DNA of 64,000 bases from Paraphysomonas bandaiensis (lineage: Eukaryota; Protista; Chrysophyceae), in assembly GCA_965644295.1 (NCBI GenBank), contig CBFFRP010000148.1, positions 1-64,000 on the forward strand, written 5' to 3'. Below the pieces are notes generated by a model. That model was not told the origin of the DNA. It made no database searches and was given only the letters and a program-made list of their open reading frames with translations. Numbering within the stretch: the stretch's first letter is position 1; each line of letters begins with the position of its first letter. Position numbers and translations under genes: made by a program. Below are positions 33,601 through 44,607 of this stretch, one piece after another.

Positions 33601-36208
33601 ATGCTCAACACTAATCTTAAAGCCAAGGATCAAGTAGAAGTAGCTGAGGCTTATGGTCACGAAAATCACATCATTCTAACTGATAAGGCGATGCTAAAGA
33701 CCCAGCAGGCAAGAATAGAAGATAAGGACTTACTGTTGGAAGAAATGAAGAAAGATAAAAAACACACTGTTTCTCAGCTTGAAGAGCAAAGGGAAAAAGA
33801 AAAGAGAATATTGGAAGAAACTATGGCGAGAGAAATAGCTAAACGTGATGATATTATTGTTGTTGGAAGGACAGAGTTGCAACAAGCAAACAAAAAGTCT
33901 TCGGAAAAACTGGAGGCCACTCATAAAGCGTATAGAACACAACTGGCTGAACTGGAGGTCATGTACGAGAAGAAACTTGCCCACGAATCTCTCTACCTCC
34001 AAAACATGAAGCAGGCCTACGACGAATACGTTACCCACGCACGGATGGATCTGGAGAGCTTTCATCGCAAAGCTAGTATTCGTGAGGAAAAGCTGCACAG
34101 TGAAAAGGATGAGATTTTAGAAGAGACAGAGAAACAAAAGAAGCTTCTGCTGGAATATTGTGACTACGTGGGTGAGCGACATCGTGAGGTACTCCGCTCA
34201 CTGACTGAGACCCATGATGACCAAAAGTTAGTATCGTCATGCTAAGACTGTACGCATATAGCTAATGGATTCGCAGGTATCGATTAAATCTCGAGCTGGA
34301 GAAGCAGACATCGCTGATCGATCAAATAAAGAACCAAAATAGGTATACAGTGTATCTATTCCAGTAATAATATTTCATTAGTGTATTTTCAGGCAAGATG
34401 AAGCCAAAACACTGCGACAAATGCAACTTCTACGACAAGAAATGCAAGCAAAGGAAATGGAGGCCTTAAATACTGCCCAGGAATTAGAGCGTATGAAGGA
34501 CAGGGCATCACGTCTTGAAGCAGCTCTACAAAATGCCATGGCAGAAATTAGTCGCAAAACTGAGGCCGCAAACCGCTGGGAATTTAAAGCAGGCGAACAG
34601 CAGCAGAATTTAAGTGAATTAGAGAGGTAGGTTCCTATTGTTTGTTAGCGACATAAATGATTGGCTGTTATGGACAGGGTGAGAAAGGCGCTGGTATCGC
34701 AGTTGCACACATTGAGGGAAGAAATGGGACCTAAAGATCTTCAAATTGTAAAGACGTCTGAGCGTTTGAATGAAGTTGACAAGGAGTATGATAAGTCACT
34801 GAAATCTATCTCGGAGAAAGAAGAAAAGCTGATCCAGAGTTCTAATATGGTTCATTTGCTTCATAAACAAGTACGCGAATTGAGATCGTCTCTAATTCAA
34901 AAAGAAGGATCCCTGAAGCGTGCTGCTAAACTGTTGGATGAATTTAAGTATGCTCTTCAGCAAGCACGTTTTTCATCGCGTAAGATAACTGTTCAAAATG
35001 GTGGTGGTGAGGCCGATAGTGAAATGTCTGATGGTGATGACATCAAAGCTGCAAAGAAACGTAAAAACAGGTTCGGAACCCATAAGAAGGGCGATGTATT
35101 GGAGCTCATATCTTCCACCCCTGTCATGGAGGAATCTTTGCAGCGGCTACATGATGTATTAAACCCTCATTCTACTTCAGAGGTAGTTGTTCTGTGTAAA
35201 TTTATTGCTCGTGTCTAATTTGGATTCAGGATGTTACGGATGAAGGAGATGCTTTGGTAATTCAGGAGAAGGAACGCCAGATTGACTTAATGAGAAGGAA
35301 TATAAATAGTCTTAGGACTAACATAAAATTTGGAGAGTCGGTAGCTACGAAGAAGGTTCACAATTATCTTACTGATAACGAGCACTTGCTCTATGAAATG
35401 AATCAGCTACGCCATGAGGTGAGGAATGCTTAGTAGAACTATCATGTTTAACGGACAATATCGTCAGGTTGGGTACTTGCGGGAAGAGAATGAGAGATTA
35501 CATGCTGCAGCTGATATGCGTAGTGCGCATAAATCGTATAAAGCGTCTGTTCCTTTGCAGAAGGGGCGACCGTCCCGTCAAAAATCTTCGAAACCATCGT
35601 TGCCCGACTTTCCTTTGAAGCGCACTGATAGTGAGGTGGATGGAACGACTGATCTCGATGAGCATTTGACGAGTAACATCAGTATGACAAAGGAAGAGAT
35701 GCTTGCACGGGCAATGAGCGCAGAAGAAATAGCTGAGTTAGGAAAGATCAAAAATCATCGTGAGGAGGGAGATTCAGTTCAGACAGCCTCTTCAAATCCA
35801 GCTTCCGCTGATTTTGCTGACTCGGTATGAGTATATGTTGTTTGTGTTTTCTTCTGATTTTTCTTGTAGCGGTCGTCGGATCGTGCAGATAGACTGATTT
35901 CAGAGCTTATGACCTCCAATAAGGAACAAATAATGGACTCCATGATGAAAGAAAGTAAGTCTCAACCCTCTAATGGGAAGGGGTCTGGCCCCCCTGTTCC
36001 AATTCAGAATGTCACTTTTGGAAAAGACAAAAAGTCCAAGGCCGGATACTCGGGCCATGACCATCGCGTTGGACCTGCAGTGCGGAAGGGCGGTAAAATT
36101 GGAACACAATCTGTTCCGAATTTAGACGCTAGAAATGCGAGGACAAATGCGCAGTCGTCACTTCAAAGTATGACAATGTCACAGCTACCGAAGCTTGTGT
36201 CGCGATAA
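30687..36208 (+). CDS. CFAP57: WD40 + coiled-coil axonemal protein, CFAP57/WDR65-like, multi-exon
   Basis: Multiple WD40 blades (DATVKVWDY, DGAVYEWKV, IDMHPSG, VKYSHGG), then a long coiled coil with LSELERVRKALVSQLHTLREEMGPKD; ORF pieces joined by short introns. Confidence 0.75.
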
Positions 36209-36607
36209 AACGTAGCCATAGTGTTGATTTGAACCTGTATGTTCATAGTAATAGAAATCGAAAAATTACATTTCTTATGATGCGTATACGTTGTGTTCTT
36301 GTAAGTGAGTCGAAAATAATGAATATTTTTTTCTTTTAATCGCTACAAATTCTCTTATAATTTTTCGTGTTTAAGAAATATACGTAACTCAAGTGATAGC
36401 GTATTTTCCTTCATACGAATTCAAAAAGTTAAAGTGATATATGTTATGTGCTATAATTTCGGAATACCTATTGGCTTTTTCTTTTAGGAAATGTTAAATC
36501 GTAGATATTATAGTAGACAGATTATTATTGCATAAAAAATAGTGTCATGTCATCACCAACATAATTAATTTCACCATTTTAATCGCAACCACTGATACTT
36601 CAGTCCG

Positions 36608-36687
36608 TCAACAAAGACAGACTCGCACCTTTTCGTGGTGTTCTGGGAATAAGTTCCGGGAAACTAATGTGAGTCGCATGTATAGTC
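36608..36687 (-). repeat. dispersed repeat family copy, split by the gypsy insertion (left part)
   Basis: Reverse complement of GACTATA..CTCAC.TTAGTTTCC..CAGAACACCACGAAAAGGTGCGAGTC; continues at 44608. Confidence 0.85.
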
Positions 36688-37892
36688 TGTAAAGCCGTGG
36701 GCTTTTATAACACCCTTTTACACGTTTTATGACAACATCATCATAATAATATTGATAACTATATTATTGCAATAACGATATGATAACATAATATGTAGGG
36801 TTTATGTAGCTGGTTTTGTATGAGATTGACAACAAAAAACAGATTATTATTAGGAGAGCAAGACAGCAGAGGCTAATAGGATTTACCCTCACTACTAGGA
36901 TTATACCCTCGAGCACACGTTTTCATTGGTCTACGCGATTGCTACCTGTTTGTTTACGCCTATATCCATACGGTAGTCGGTGTCATAGCGTTTTGAGTTA
37001 GGAAGCATTGATTGGTACCGCATGTGCGATATTCGTAGTTCATTCATCATTATGAGAAGTCTTTGGATGGTTTTGAACAGCTCTATGTGCTTGCTCATCG
37101 TTCTGGACTCCGATATGCGAATATTTTCTCACTGATACTCAACATAGAATTTCTCAGGTCGGTGCACAAATTGATAAGAGCCCTTAGGTCTGATGCGTAA
37201 GGATGGCATGGGGGATAATTTGGTACAAGTATGAATGTGTAACATTCTCTGTGAATATTGTGCACAGTTGATATGTATTATGCATTTAACGGTTGGAATG
37301 AGATTATATTGCCATGAAATGAGATCGCAATTTTTTTGGTGATTCGAATACTGCCATTTTTGAGTTTTTTGTAGTTCAAATTGGTGTTTTATATAAGTCT
37401 CGAAAATACTAGACTCCAGACTTGGGGATCTTGGGTTTTTGCGACTAAATCTAAAATTGGGGTTTTTTGGGTTTTTGGACTCGAAAACCGGCGGTTTTGG
37501 AGGAAAGACCTATTGAGGCGTATTTTAAGGCGTTTTGACTATAATCGATGTAGGATATGAATCGTATGTGGTGTAGTGCATGTGTGAGCATATTGTACGG
37601 TTGTGGTTGCATTCAATGTCCTGTGTATGAGGAGGAGTCTTGTGACTAGGGGTCTGTCTTTTGTTTTGCTTGTAACTTTAGTTTTAATAATAATTCTCTA
37701 TGAAATTAACATAGTTGGTTGACTGATCTGTCTATTGGGAGCTTTAGATTGCAGGATACAGGGGAGCTTGTGTTTCTGGCTGTTGGTTTCTTAAAGAGTT
37801 ATTATTATAGTTTTCTGTTTTGTTGTTTCGACAAACAACCATTTCACATATCTTTTCAGTGATCTTAGGTTGCAAGACCTGAGTTGTTTATA
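36688..37892 (+). repeat. 5' LTR gypsy
   Basis: TGTAAAGC...GTTTATA, direct repeat of 43403-44607. Confidence 0.97.
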
Positions 37893-37960
37893 GTAAATTT
37901 ACTCACGGTAAAACACGTAAGTGAAGATATCATTATTGTAGATTATAGATATATATCGAA

Positions 37961-39430
37961 ATGTCTGATTCGGAGGGTCCTGTTGGTTCATCTGAGTTAG
38001 ATGAAGTTAAGGAAATGTTACGGGGAATTGCTCTCAATTTGGAGAACGTCACTAAGTTGTGTGTAGCAACTGCCAGTAGGGTAGATAATCTGGAGTCCAG
38101 AATGTCTATTAATGAAGAAGTTTTAGTTAATGAGCTGGAGGAAGCTCAGAAGGAAGTAGATGAGGCCATCCGTGACCAGCGTGAAGAGCAGCAGGGACAT
38201 ACCAGAGAGAGTGGCAGGGCTGCCGACGACAAAGGCAAGAAGAAAGAGCGAAGGACATCTGTATTCATGAGGGAGGCTGAGTCTTCAGAGGGAATGGAGG
38301 TTCCAAAGCATGTCATCATCAATGTTGAAAAGCCATCCCATAAGCATATTTTTCTGGATTCGATGGAGCTTAGTGATTTTACAAAGTTTATCATCCAATG
38401 GTTTGAATATGAACAGATCAATGGGATTAAGCTTGAGCCAGCCCAGATAGTTAGCAGGCGTGTTCGGAACCTGCTTATGTTCAACAATAGCTTGACGGAT
38501 AAAATGTTTGTTAAGTTGAGTGCTCAGAAATTCTGTGAGCTGATGGCTAAGGAGACCAAGGTGTTGTCCAAAGTGGAGTTCATTGAGACTTTGCGATACG
38601 CGCTGAGATATTTTAAGCCACTGGATTGGAAATCAGTGCGGCCGAATACACATGAGCTGTTTTTTCAAGAGATTTTGAAGCGAAAGAGTATTTTTATGCG
38701 TACGTTTACTATCATGATGGAGGCCAATAGTACTAAGTGTCCGCCGGTTGGAGGAAAAGAGTTTGGATCGGCTCAAGTATTTTTGGAGTTGATCGACGAG
38801 TCTTACAACAAACGAGTTCTGGCTGAGATTCCAAGGGTGACGGATACTAATTATGGTAATGTTGAAGAGTTTCTGGATACATACGTTTCCAAGGCGAGTG
38901 AGCATTATGAGGCGTCCAAGAACATCAGATTGGTGCCTTATGAAGGGTCCGATTTCAGTAGGAAGCAAATTCAAAGGGGTTCGAGGAATCGGGACAATGG
39001 ATACGTTGCAAAGGAGAAACCGAAATCTTTAAACAACGTGCAGTTTGCGGACCGAGTTGAGGATGATTTCTACAGTGATTTAGATGACAAGGAGGTTGAC
39101 CCGATAGTTGTGGTCAAGGATGACGGGATGTCAGATGATGATTTCGAGAATGAGGTTGAGGAGATGTTGCTCGGCGAACCAGAGTCTGATAAGGAAGCTA
39201 TAGAACAGGTGATGAACCTGGAGAAGACTGTTAATCCAACCCGTGGCTGCGTTGCGTATGCGTTGTATGGGAACTGCTACAAAGGGAAGGAATGTAAGCA
39301 TGTCCAGGGTCATAATGGAGCAGTTGCAACGGAAACCCGGAAATGGATGATGAAAAAGCTGTCTCAGATGATAGCAGATGATTCCAAAGGGCCGCGAAAG
39401 ATTTTGCCGAGGCCTGGTGGAGTGACTTGA
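37961..39430 (+). CDS. Gag-like ORF1 (N-terminal coiled coil, C-terminal CCCH-like finger)
   Basis: First ORF inside the LTRs; CVAYALYGNCYKGKECKHVQGH near the C-terminus. Called gag by position. Confidence 0.85.
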   Translation: MSDSEGPVGSSELDEVKEMLRGIALNLENVTKLCVATASRVDNLESRMSINEEVLVNELEEAQKEVDEAIRDQREEQQGHTRESGRAADDKGKKKERRTSVFMREAESSEGMEVPKHVIINVEKPSHKHIFLDSMELSDFTKFIIQWFEYEQINGIKLEPAQIVSRRVRNLLMFNNSLTDKMFVKLSAQKFCELMAKETKVLSKVEFIETLRYALRYFKPLDWKSVRPNTHELFFQEILKRKSIFMRTFTIMMEANSTKCPPVGGKEFGSAQVFLELIDESYNKRVLAEIPRVTDTNYGNVEEFLDTYVSKASEHYEASKNIRLVPYEGSDFSRKQIQRGSRNRDNGYVAKEKPKSLNNVQFADRVEDDFYSDLDDKEVDPIVVVKDDGMSDDDFENEVEEMLLGEPESDKEAIEQVMNLEKTVNPTRGCVAYALYGNCYKGKECKHVQGHNGAVATETRKWMMKKLSQMIADDSKGPRKILPRPGGVT

Positions 39431-39433
39431 CAT

Positions 39434-42400
39434 ATGTGCGAGGCTAATGGTTCGCAGGATCACGAAGAAATATTGTACGGTTTGAATGATCCTGAGACTG
39501 TTAGTCGAGTTTTCCTCAGAAATTTGATGAATGTCTGTAATACGCGAGAACGAAAAGACTTGACATTGGCACATTCTGGGGGAAGCATTGTATGTGATGA
39601 TAACTATATAATATCTGTGCGTGGAATATTGTTCGACACTGGAGCCCTAACATCTAACTTCATTTCCAAGGATTTGTTTGAGACGTTTAGAAATCATGTG
39701 TGTGAAAACAAAGTCATAAAAAAAGAAACAGTTATAGGATTTGCAGATAAAACGTCGAGAATGAAGTGTAGTTTTGTAGTGAAATTAAAATTGAGGTTTG
39801 AGAGAGAAGACTCCAAGGGAGAGTTCGTGTTATATGACGGGGATTTCATTGTTGCTGATATGGGTAGCAACGATATTATTATTGGACTTCCGGCTATCGT
39901 TAAGGATCTATGGGATTATTTTCTATTTATGCTTAAAGGAAGGACTATTGAACGAATTGAATCAGAAGTAAGTTTTATTAAAGGGCGTGAGGACGATGTT
40001 ACCGAGGATGATTTGTTGTTGAATGCGGTTGAAGAATTATTGCAGCCGTGGTGTGACAGTAGTAGGGAGGTAGCACCTGAAGAATTGGATGTTCCGGACC
40101 CTTCGCAGTTCGGATTTGCCTCAAGTTTTCTTGGAAAGACTAGAGAGGAAGCTTTGAGCGAGTTCGAGGATATGTTTGGTGAGCACGTGTCTCCAGAGTT
40201 CTCAGCAGCGCGACCGGTGCTGGAGTTATTGAGGACTAAGGGAGTAGAGGTATTTGTTCCAGAACGGTGGGAAGGTATAAAAGGAGTGGATCCGTTGAAC
40301 ATCAAGTTCGCTGAGAATTTGCCTCCTAGGATCAAGCCGAAGGCAAGACCCGTAAATCCTAGATTATATGAGGATGCGGAGAAGGAGTTTAGGAGACTAT
40401 GTGGTTACATCTATGTTCCTAGTAGGTCGCCATGGGCTTCTTGTTTGGTGATCGCGCCAAAAGCCACGAAACCTTTTATTAGGATTTGTGGGGATTATGT
40501 GCAAATCAACAAGTACATTCCAAGTCCACACTATACAGTTCCTAATGTAAGACATGAGTTGGATCGTATTATTGGCTATAAGATATTTATGGACATTGAC
40601 CTCACGAATGCGTTCCATCAGATCAGGTTGCATGAGAACACATCTGAAAAATTGTCAGTTCAAACACCGTGGGGCCAATTTCAGCCTTTATTCCTTCCGG
40701 AGGGAGTGTCTCCAGGGATTAGTGTGTTGCAAGAAGCGGTAGTCAAATTGTTTGGAGATCTGGAATGGGCGCTGTGTATATTTGATAATGTTCTGTTATT
40801 GGCACATGATTTTGATGATGCGTATAAGAAGCTGGAGATTTTCCTGGATAGATGCATTGAACATGGAGTTGTGTTGAAATTTGCAAAGACCTGGTTAGGA
40901 TTTAGGGAGATCAAGTTTTTTGGCTATTTGGTAAGGCACAATAGTTTCGAGCTCACGGACGATAGGAAAGAGGCTTTATTGAAGATTCCTTTTCCAGAGA
41001 ATGGAAATAGATGTAAGAAGATTAGATCTTTGTTGGGTCTGGGAGTATTCTTTGCTCCATTTGTTCAGAATTACTCAGATTTGGTTAAACATCTTACGGA
41101 TATGACTAAGAGTAGTTTTAATTGGGAAGAAACGACATGGCAGCACGATTATAGGCAGGAGTTTGAAAACTATAAGAGTGGTTTGCAACAGTCTTGTGCT
41201 TTGTTTTATCCGAATTATGATCTTGAGTGGACACTTAGGACAGATGCCAGTGACTATGGAGTGGCAGGCATTCTTTTCCAGACTGTTGAGGGAACTGGGT
41301 CTAGTCCGATTCAACAGCAAACTATTGCTATCTGTTCCAAGAAATTGTCAGAGCAAGCCTTGAAGTGGTGTACTATTGAGAAGGAGGGTTTTGGTATATT
41401 CTATTCAGTCAAGAAATTTTCGTTTTATCTGAGAGGAAAGAAATTTACAATCGAGACGGACCACAACAACCTTGTGTGGATGGAGGCATCAGAAGTTGCG
41501 AAGATAATTCGATGGAGAATTTATTTGCAGGATTTTGATTTTTTGATTCGTCATATCCCAGGGAAGAACAATGTGGTTGCGGATTGCTTGTCAAGATTGC
41601 TGTATTTGTCCGGGTTTGTGGACGAAAGTGACGATTTCGACTCAGATGAAGTGAACTTCGTGACACTGCATAACATCTTTGAAAAAGACGATTTTGAGGA
41701 CGACGTTCAAGAGATCGCGCCGCCTACGGAGGTACAGAGGATAGATTATTATCAGGCTATCAAAGAGGTTCACAACGCGCAAGCAGGACACTGGGGTGCG
41801 AAAGAGACGTGGAAACGTCTGTGTAGACAATTTCCGGGACACGGCGTGCCTTTCAAGGTGGTTGCAGACTTCGTGGACGAATGTATCAACTGTCAGAAGA
41901 ATAGGCGAGAGCTGAAGCAGCGATTGATTCCTATCACTAGACATTTAAAACCGCCTCATTCCAGGAGTGCTTTGGGAATTGACGCGGTTGCTATTACACC
42001 TGTTTCTAAATCTGGTTACACGCATATTGTGGTCATGGTTAATTTGTTTACGAAATTGGTGTACCTATATGCGGTGAAAGGAATGACAGCTATCAATTTG
42101 GCTACAGCAGTGTGGAAGTGCTGGTGTACATACGGGCTCACGGATATGATTATATCAGATATGGGTCCTGATCTCAAATCAGAACTTTTCGCAGAACTGG
42201 TTAAGTTGTCAGGACTTCGTCATGTATTTAGTATTGCCAACAGGCACGTCAACGGATGTGAGCGTATTATTAAGGAAGTGGTTCGTCACATCCGTGCTAT
42301 TTGTTTTGACAAGCGAATCGAGGCTGATGCTGTTTTGGAGGACGAACTGTTACTTGCCACTATCATGTTCATTCTGAATACCCACGAGAGTAGTGAGACG

Positions 42401-43372
42401 GGGTATTCTGCGTTCGAACTGACGTTTGGGTCCCAGGATTCTATCTATAAGAACCTTTTGGCCGCCCAGGGGAAAGACAATGATCCGTCTCATCAGCTGT
42501 TGAAAAGGCTGAACGATTACTTAGCTCTAGTTCGCCAGATATCAGCAGATTACCAGAAGTCTCTAGTTGAGAAACGAGCGGAAGCGGGTTTGGATCCTGC
42601 CAAACAAAACCAGTATTGTCCAGGCGATTTTGTTATGTTCGACGCTGGTGCTAAACCACATCCGAAATTATCCTCGAGGATGAAGGGTCCTTTCGAAGTG
42701 GTACGGCAATATAAGAATGATGTTCAAATTCGAAATCTTCTTACCGGGGGGATTCGGGAATACTCTGTCTCTGATCTTGAGCCATTTTTCGGAGATAAGG
42801 AATCGGCTATTGAAGCGGCGATGCGAGATCATGAGCAATTTAAGGTGGAGGAGATTCTTTCATATACGGGAGATTCACGAACTAAATCTACGATGGTCTT
42901 CAAGGTGAAGTATGCGGACGGCGATATCTTGGACATTCCATGGACACCGGATATTCAGTGTGAGGCATATTACGATTTTTGTGAGTCTAGGCCTTACTTG
43001 CGACACCTCGCATACGACTCGTTTACTGCGAAGCGTTTTATCTCTTCAATGAGGAAGGAGAATATCACAACAGTGTCGGTTGGAGATACTGTCTATGTTG
43101 ACCTCAGGTTCTATGGTGACCTGTGGTACGAGAGTCTTGGTTTACCGGATTATGCCACGGCCGCGTATGTCATGGAATTCACGTACACCCATTGGTATCA
43201 CAAGAATTCCAAACGCAAGATTAGCGCCCGTTTTAATCTCAACGGTTCCAACTATGCTTTCGACAACTATTTGGTTTACTGTTGGGGGTCCCAGAAGGAT
43301 TTTGACCCTGCTCGCATGATTTTGGTTGATGCGTCGCTCGCTGCGGCTTATCCCAAAATTATTCAGGAGTAG
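39434..43372 (+). CDS. Pol (protease, RT, RNase H, integrase, chromodomain-like, extra C-terminal domain)
   Basis: LFDTGA; SPWAS..RICGDY..IDLTNAFHQI; TDASDYG..EKEG..TDHNNL..NVVADCLSR; H..GHWG..CINC; GIDAV/ISDMG/NGCER; FKVEEIL..FKVKY. Confidence 0.96.
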   Translation: MCEANGSQDHEEILYGLNDPETVSRVFLRNLMNVCNTRERKDLTLAHSGGSIVCDDNYIISVRGILFDTGALTSNFISKDLFETFRNHVCENKVIKKETVIGFADKTSRMKCSFVVKLKLRFEREDSKGEFVLYDGDFIVADMGSNDIIIGLPAIVKDLWDYFLFMLKGRTIERIESEVSFIKGREDDVTEDDLLLNAVEELLQPWCDSSREVAPEELDVPDPSQFGFASSFLGKTREEALSEFEDMFGEHVSPEFSAARPVLELLRTKGVEVFVPERWEGIKGVDPLNIKFAENLPPRIKPKARPVNPRLYEDAEKEFRRLCGYIYVPSRSPWASCLVIAPKATKPFIRICGDYVQINKYIPSPHYTVPNVRHELDRIIGYKIFMDIDLTNAFHQIRLHENTSEKLSVQTPWGQFQPLFLPEGVSPGISVLQEAVVKLFGDLEWALCIFDNVLLLAHDFDDAYKKLEIFLDRCIEHGVVLKFAKTWLGFREIKFFGYLVRHNSFELTDDRKEALLKIPFPENGNRCKKIRSLLGLGVFFAPFVQNYSDLVKHLTDMTKSSFNWEETTWQHDYRQEFENYKSGLQQSCALFYPNYDLEWTLRTDASDYGVAGILFQTVEGTGSSPIQQQTIAICSKKLSEQALKWCTIEKEGFGIFYSVKKFSFYLRGKKFTIETDHNNLVWMEASEVAKIIRWRIYLQDFDFLIRHIPGKNNVVADCLSRLLYLSGFVDESDDFDSDEVNFVTLHNIFEKDDFEDDVQEIAPPTEVQRIDYYQAIKEVHNAQAGHWGAKETWKRLCRQFPGHGVPFKVVADFVDECINCQKNRRELKQRLIPITRHLKPPHSRSALGIDAVAITPVSKSGYTHIVVMVNLFTKLVYLYAVKGMTAINLATAVWKCWCTYGLTDMIISDMGPDLKSELFAELVKLSGLRHVFSIANRHVNGCERIIKEVVRHIRAICFDKRIEADAVLEDELLLATIMFILNTHESSETGYSAFELTFGSQDSIYKNLLAAQGKDNDPSHQLLKRLNDYLALVRQISADYQKSLVEKRAEAGLDPAKQNQYCPGDFVMFDAGAKPHPKLSSRMKGPFEVVRQYKNDVQIRNLLTGGIREYSVSDLEPFFGDKESAIEAAMRDHEQFKVEEILSYTGDSRTKSTMVFKVKYADGDILDIPWTPDIQCEAYYDFCESRPYLRHLAYDSFTAKRFISSMRKENITTVSVGDTVYVDLRFYGDLWYESLGLPDYATAAYVMEFTYTHWYHKNSKRKISARFNLNGSNYAFDNYLVYCWGSQKDFDPARMILVDASLAAAYPKIIQE

Positions 43373-43402
43373 CTACAGCATCCGGGGGGGGAGAAAGGGT
43401 AA

Positions 43403-44607
43403 TGTAAAGCCGTGGGCTTTTATAACACCCTTTTACACGTTTTATGACAACATCATCATAATAATATTGATAACTATATTATTGCAATAACGATATGATA
43501 ACATAATATGTAGGGTTTATGTAGCTGGTTTTGTATGAGATTGACAACAAAAAACAGATTATTATTAGGAGAGCAAGACAGCAGAGGCTAATAGGATTTA
43601 CCCTCACTACTAGGATTATACCCTCGAGCACACGTTTTCATTGGTCTACGCGATTGCTACCTGTTTGTTTACGCCTATATCCATACGGTAGTCGGTGTCA
43701 TAGCGTTTTGAGTTAGGAAGCATTGATTGGTACCGCATGTGCGATATTCGTAGTTCATTCATCATTATGAGAAGTCTTTGGATGGTTTTGAACAGCTCTA
43801 TGTGCTTGCTCATCGTTCTGGACTCCGATATGCGAATATTTTCTCACTGATACTCAACATAGAATTTCTCAGGTCGGTGCACAAATTGATAAGAGCCCTT
43901 AGGTCTGATGCGTAAGGATGGCATGGGGGATAATTTGGTACAAGTATGAATGTGTAACATTCTCTGTGAATATTGTGCACAGTTGATATGTATTATGCAT
44001 TTAACGGTTGGAATGAGATTATATTGCCATGAAATGAGATCGCAATTTTTTTGGTGATTCGAATACTGCCATTTTTGAGTTTTTTGTAGTTCAAATTGGT
44101 GTTTTATATAAGTCTCGAAAATACTAGACTCCAGACTTGGGGATCTTGGGTTTTTGCGACTAAATCTAAAATTGGGGTTTTTTGGGTTTTTGGACTCGAA
44201 AACCGGCGGTTTTGGAGGAAAGACCTATTGAGGCGTATTTTAAGGCGTTTTGACTATAATCGATGTAGGATATGAATCGTATGTGGTGTAGTGCATGTGT
44301 GAGCATATTGTACGGTTGTGGTTGCATTCAATGTCCTGTGTATGAGGAGGAGTCTTGTGACTAGGGGTCTGTCTTTTGTTTTGCTTGTAACTTTAGTTTT
44401 AATAATAATTCTCTATGAAATTAACATAGTTGGTTGACTGATCTGTCTATTGGGAGCTTTAGATTGCAGGATACAGGGGAGCTTGTGTTTCTGGCTGTTG
44501 GTTTCTTAAAGAGTTATTATTATAGTTTTCTGTTTTGTTGTTTCGACAAACAACCATTTCACATATCTTTTCAGTGATCTTAGGTTGCAAGACCTGAGTT
44601 GTTTATA
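43403..44607 (+). repeat. 3' LTR gypsy
   Basis: Follows the purine tract GGGGGGGGAGAAAGGG; direct repeat of the 5' LTR. Confidence 0.97.

Larger units (their letters stand above)
36688..44607 (+). mobile_element. complete Ty3/gypsy-type LTR retrotransposon with chromodomain-like C-terminus
   Basis: 1205-bp LTRs at 36688-37892 and 43403-44607 (constant offset 6715, identical by eye); TSD AGTC at 36684-36687 and 44608-44611; PPT at 43384-43399; PR-RT-RH-IN order. Confidence 0.97.

Noticed and set aside
36816-37001. Duplicated 61-aa ORF (also 43531-43716) and duplicated ORFs at 10427-10735 and 16008-16205
   Set aside because: Chance ORFs inside identical LTRs; no coding signature.
40805-40820. 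HDFDD as an alternative RT catalytic motif
   Set aside because: It lies at the start of the helix after the catalytic hairpin; the hydrophobic-flanked IFDN fits the YxDD position better. Needs structural confirmation.
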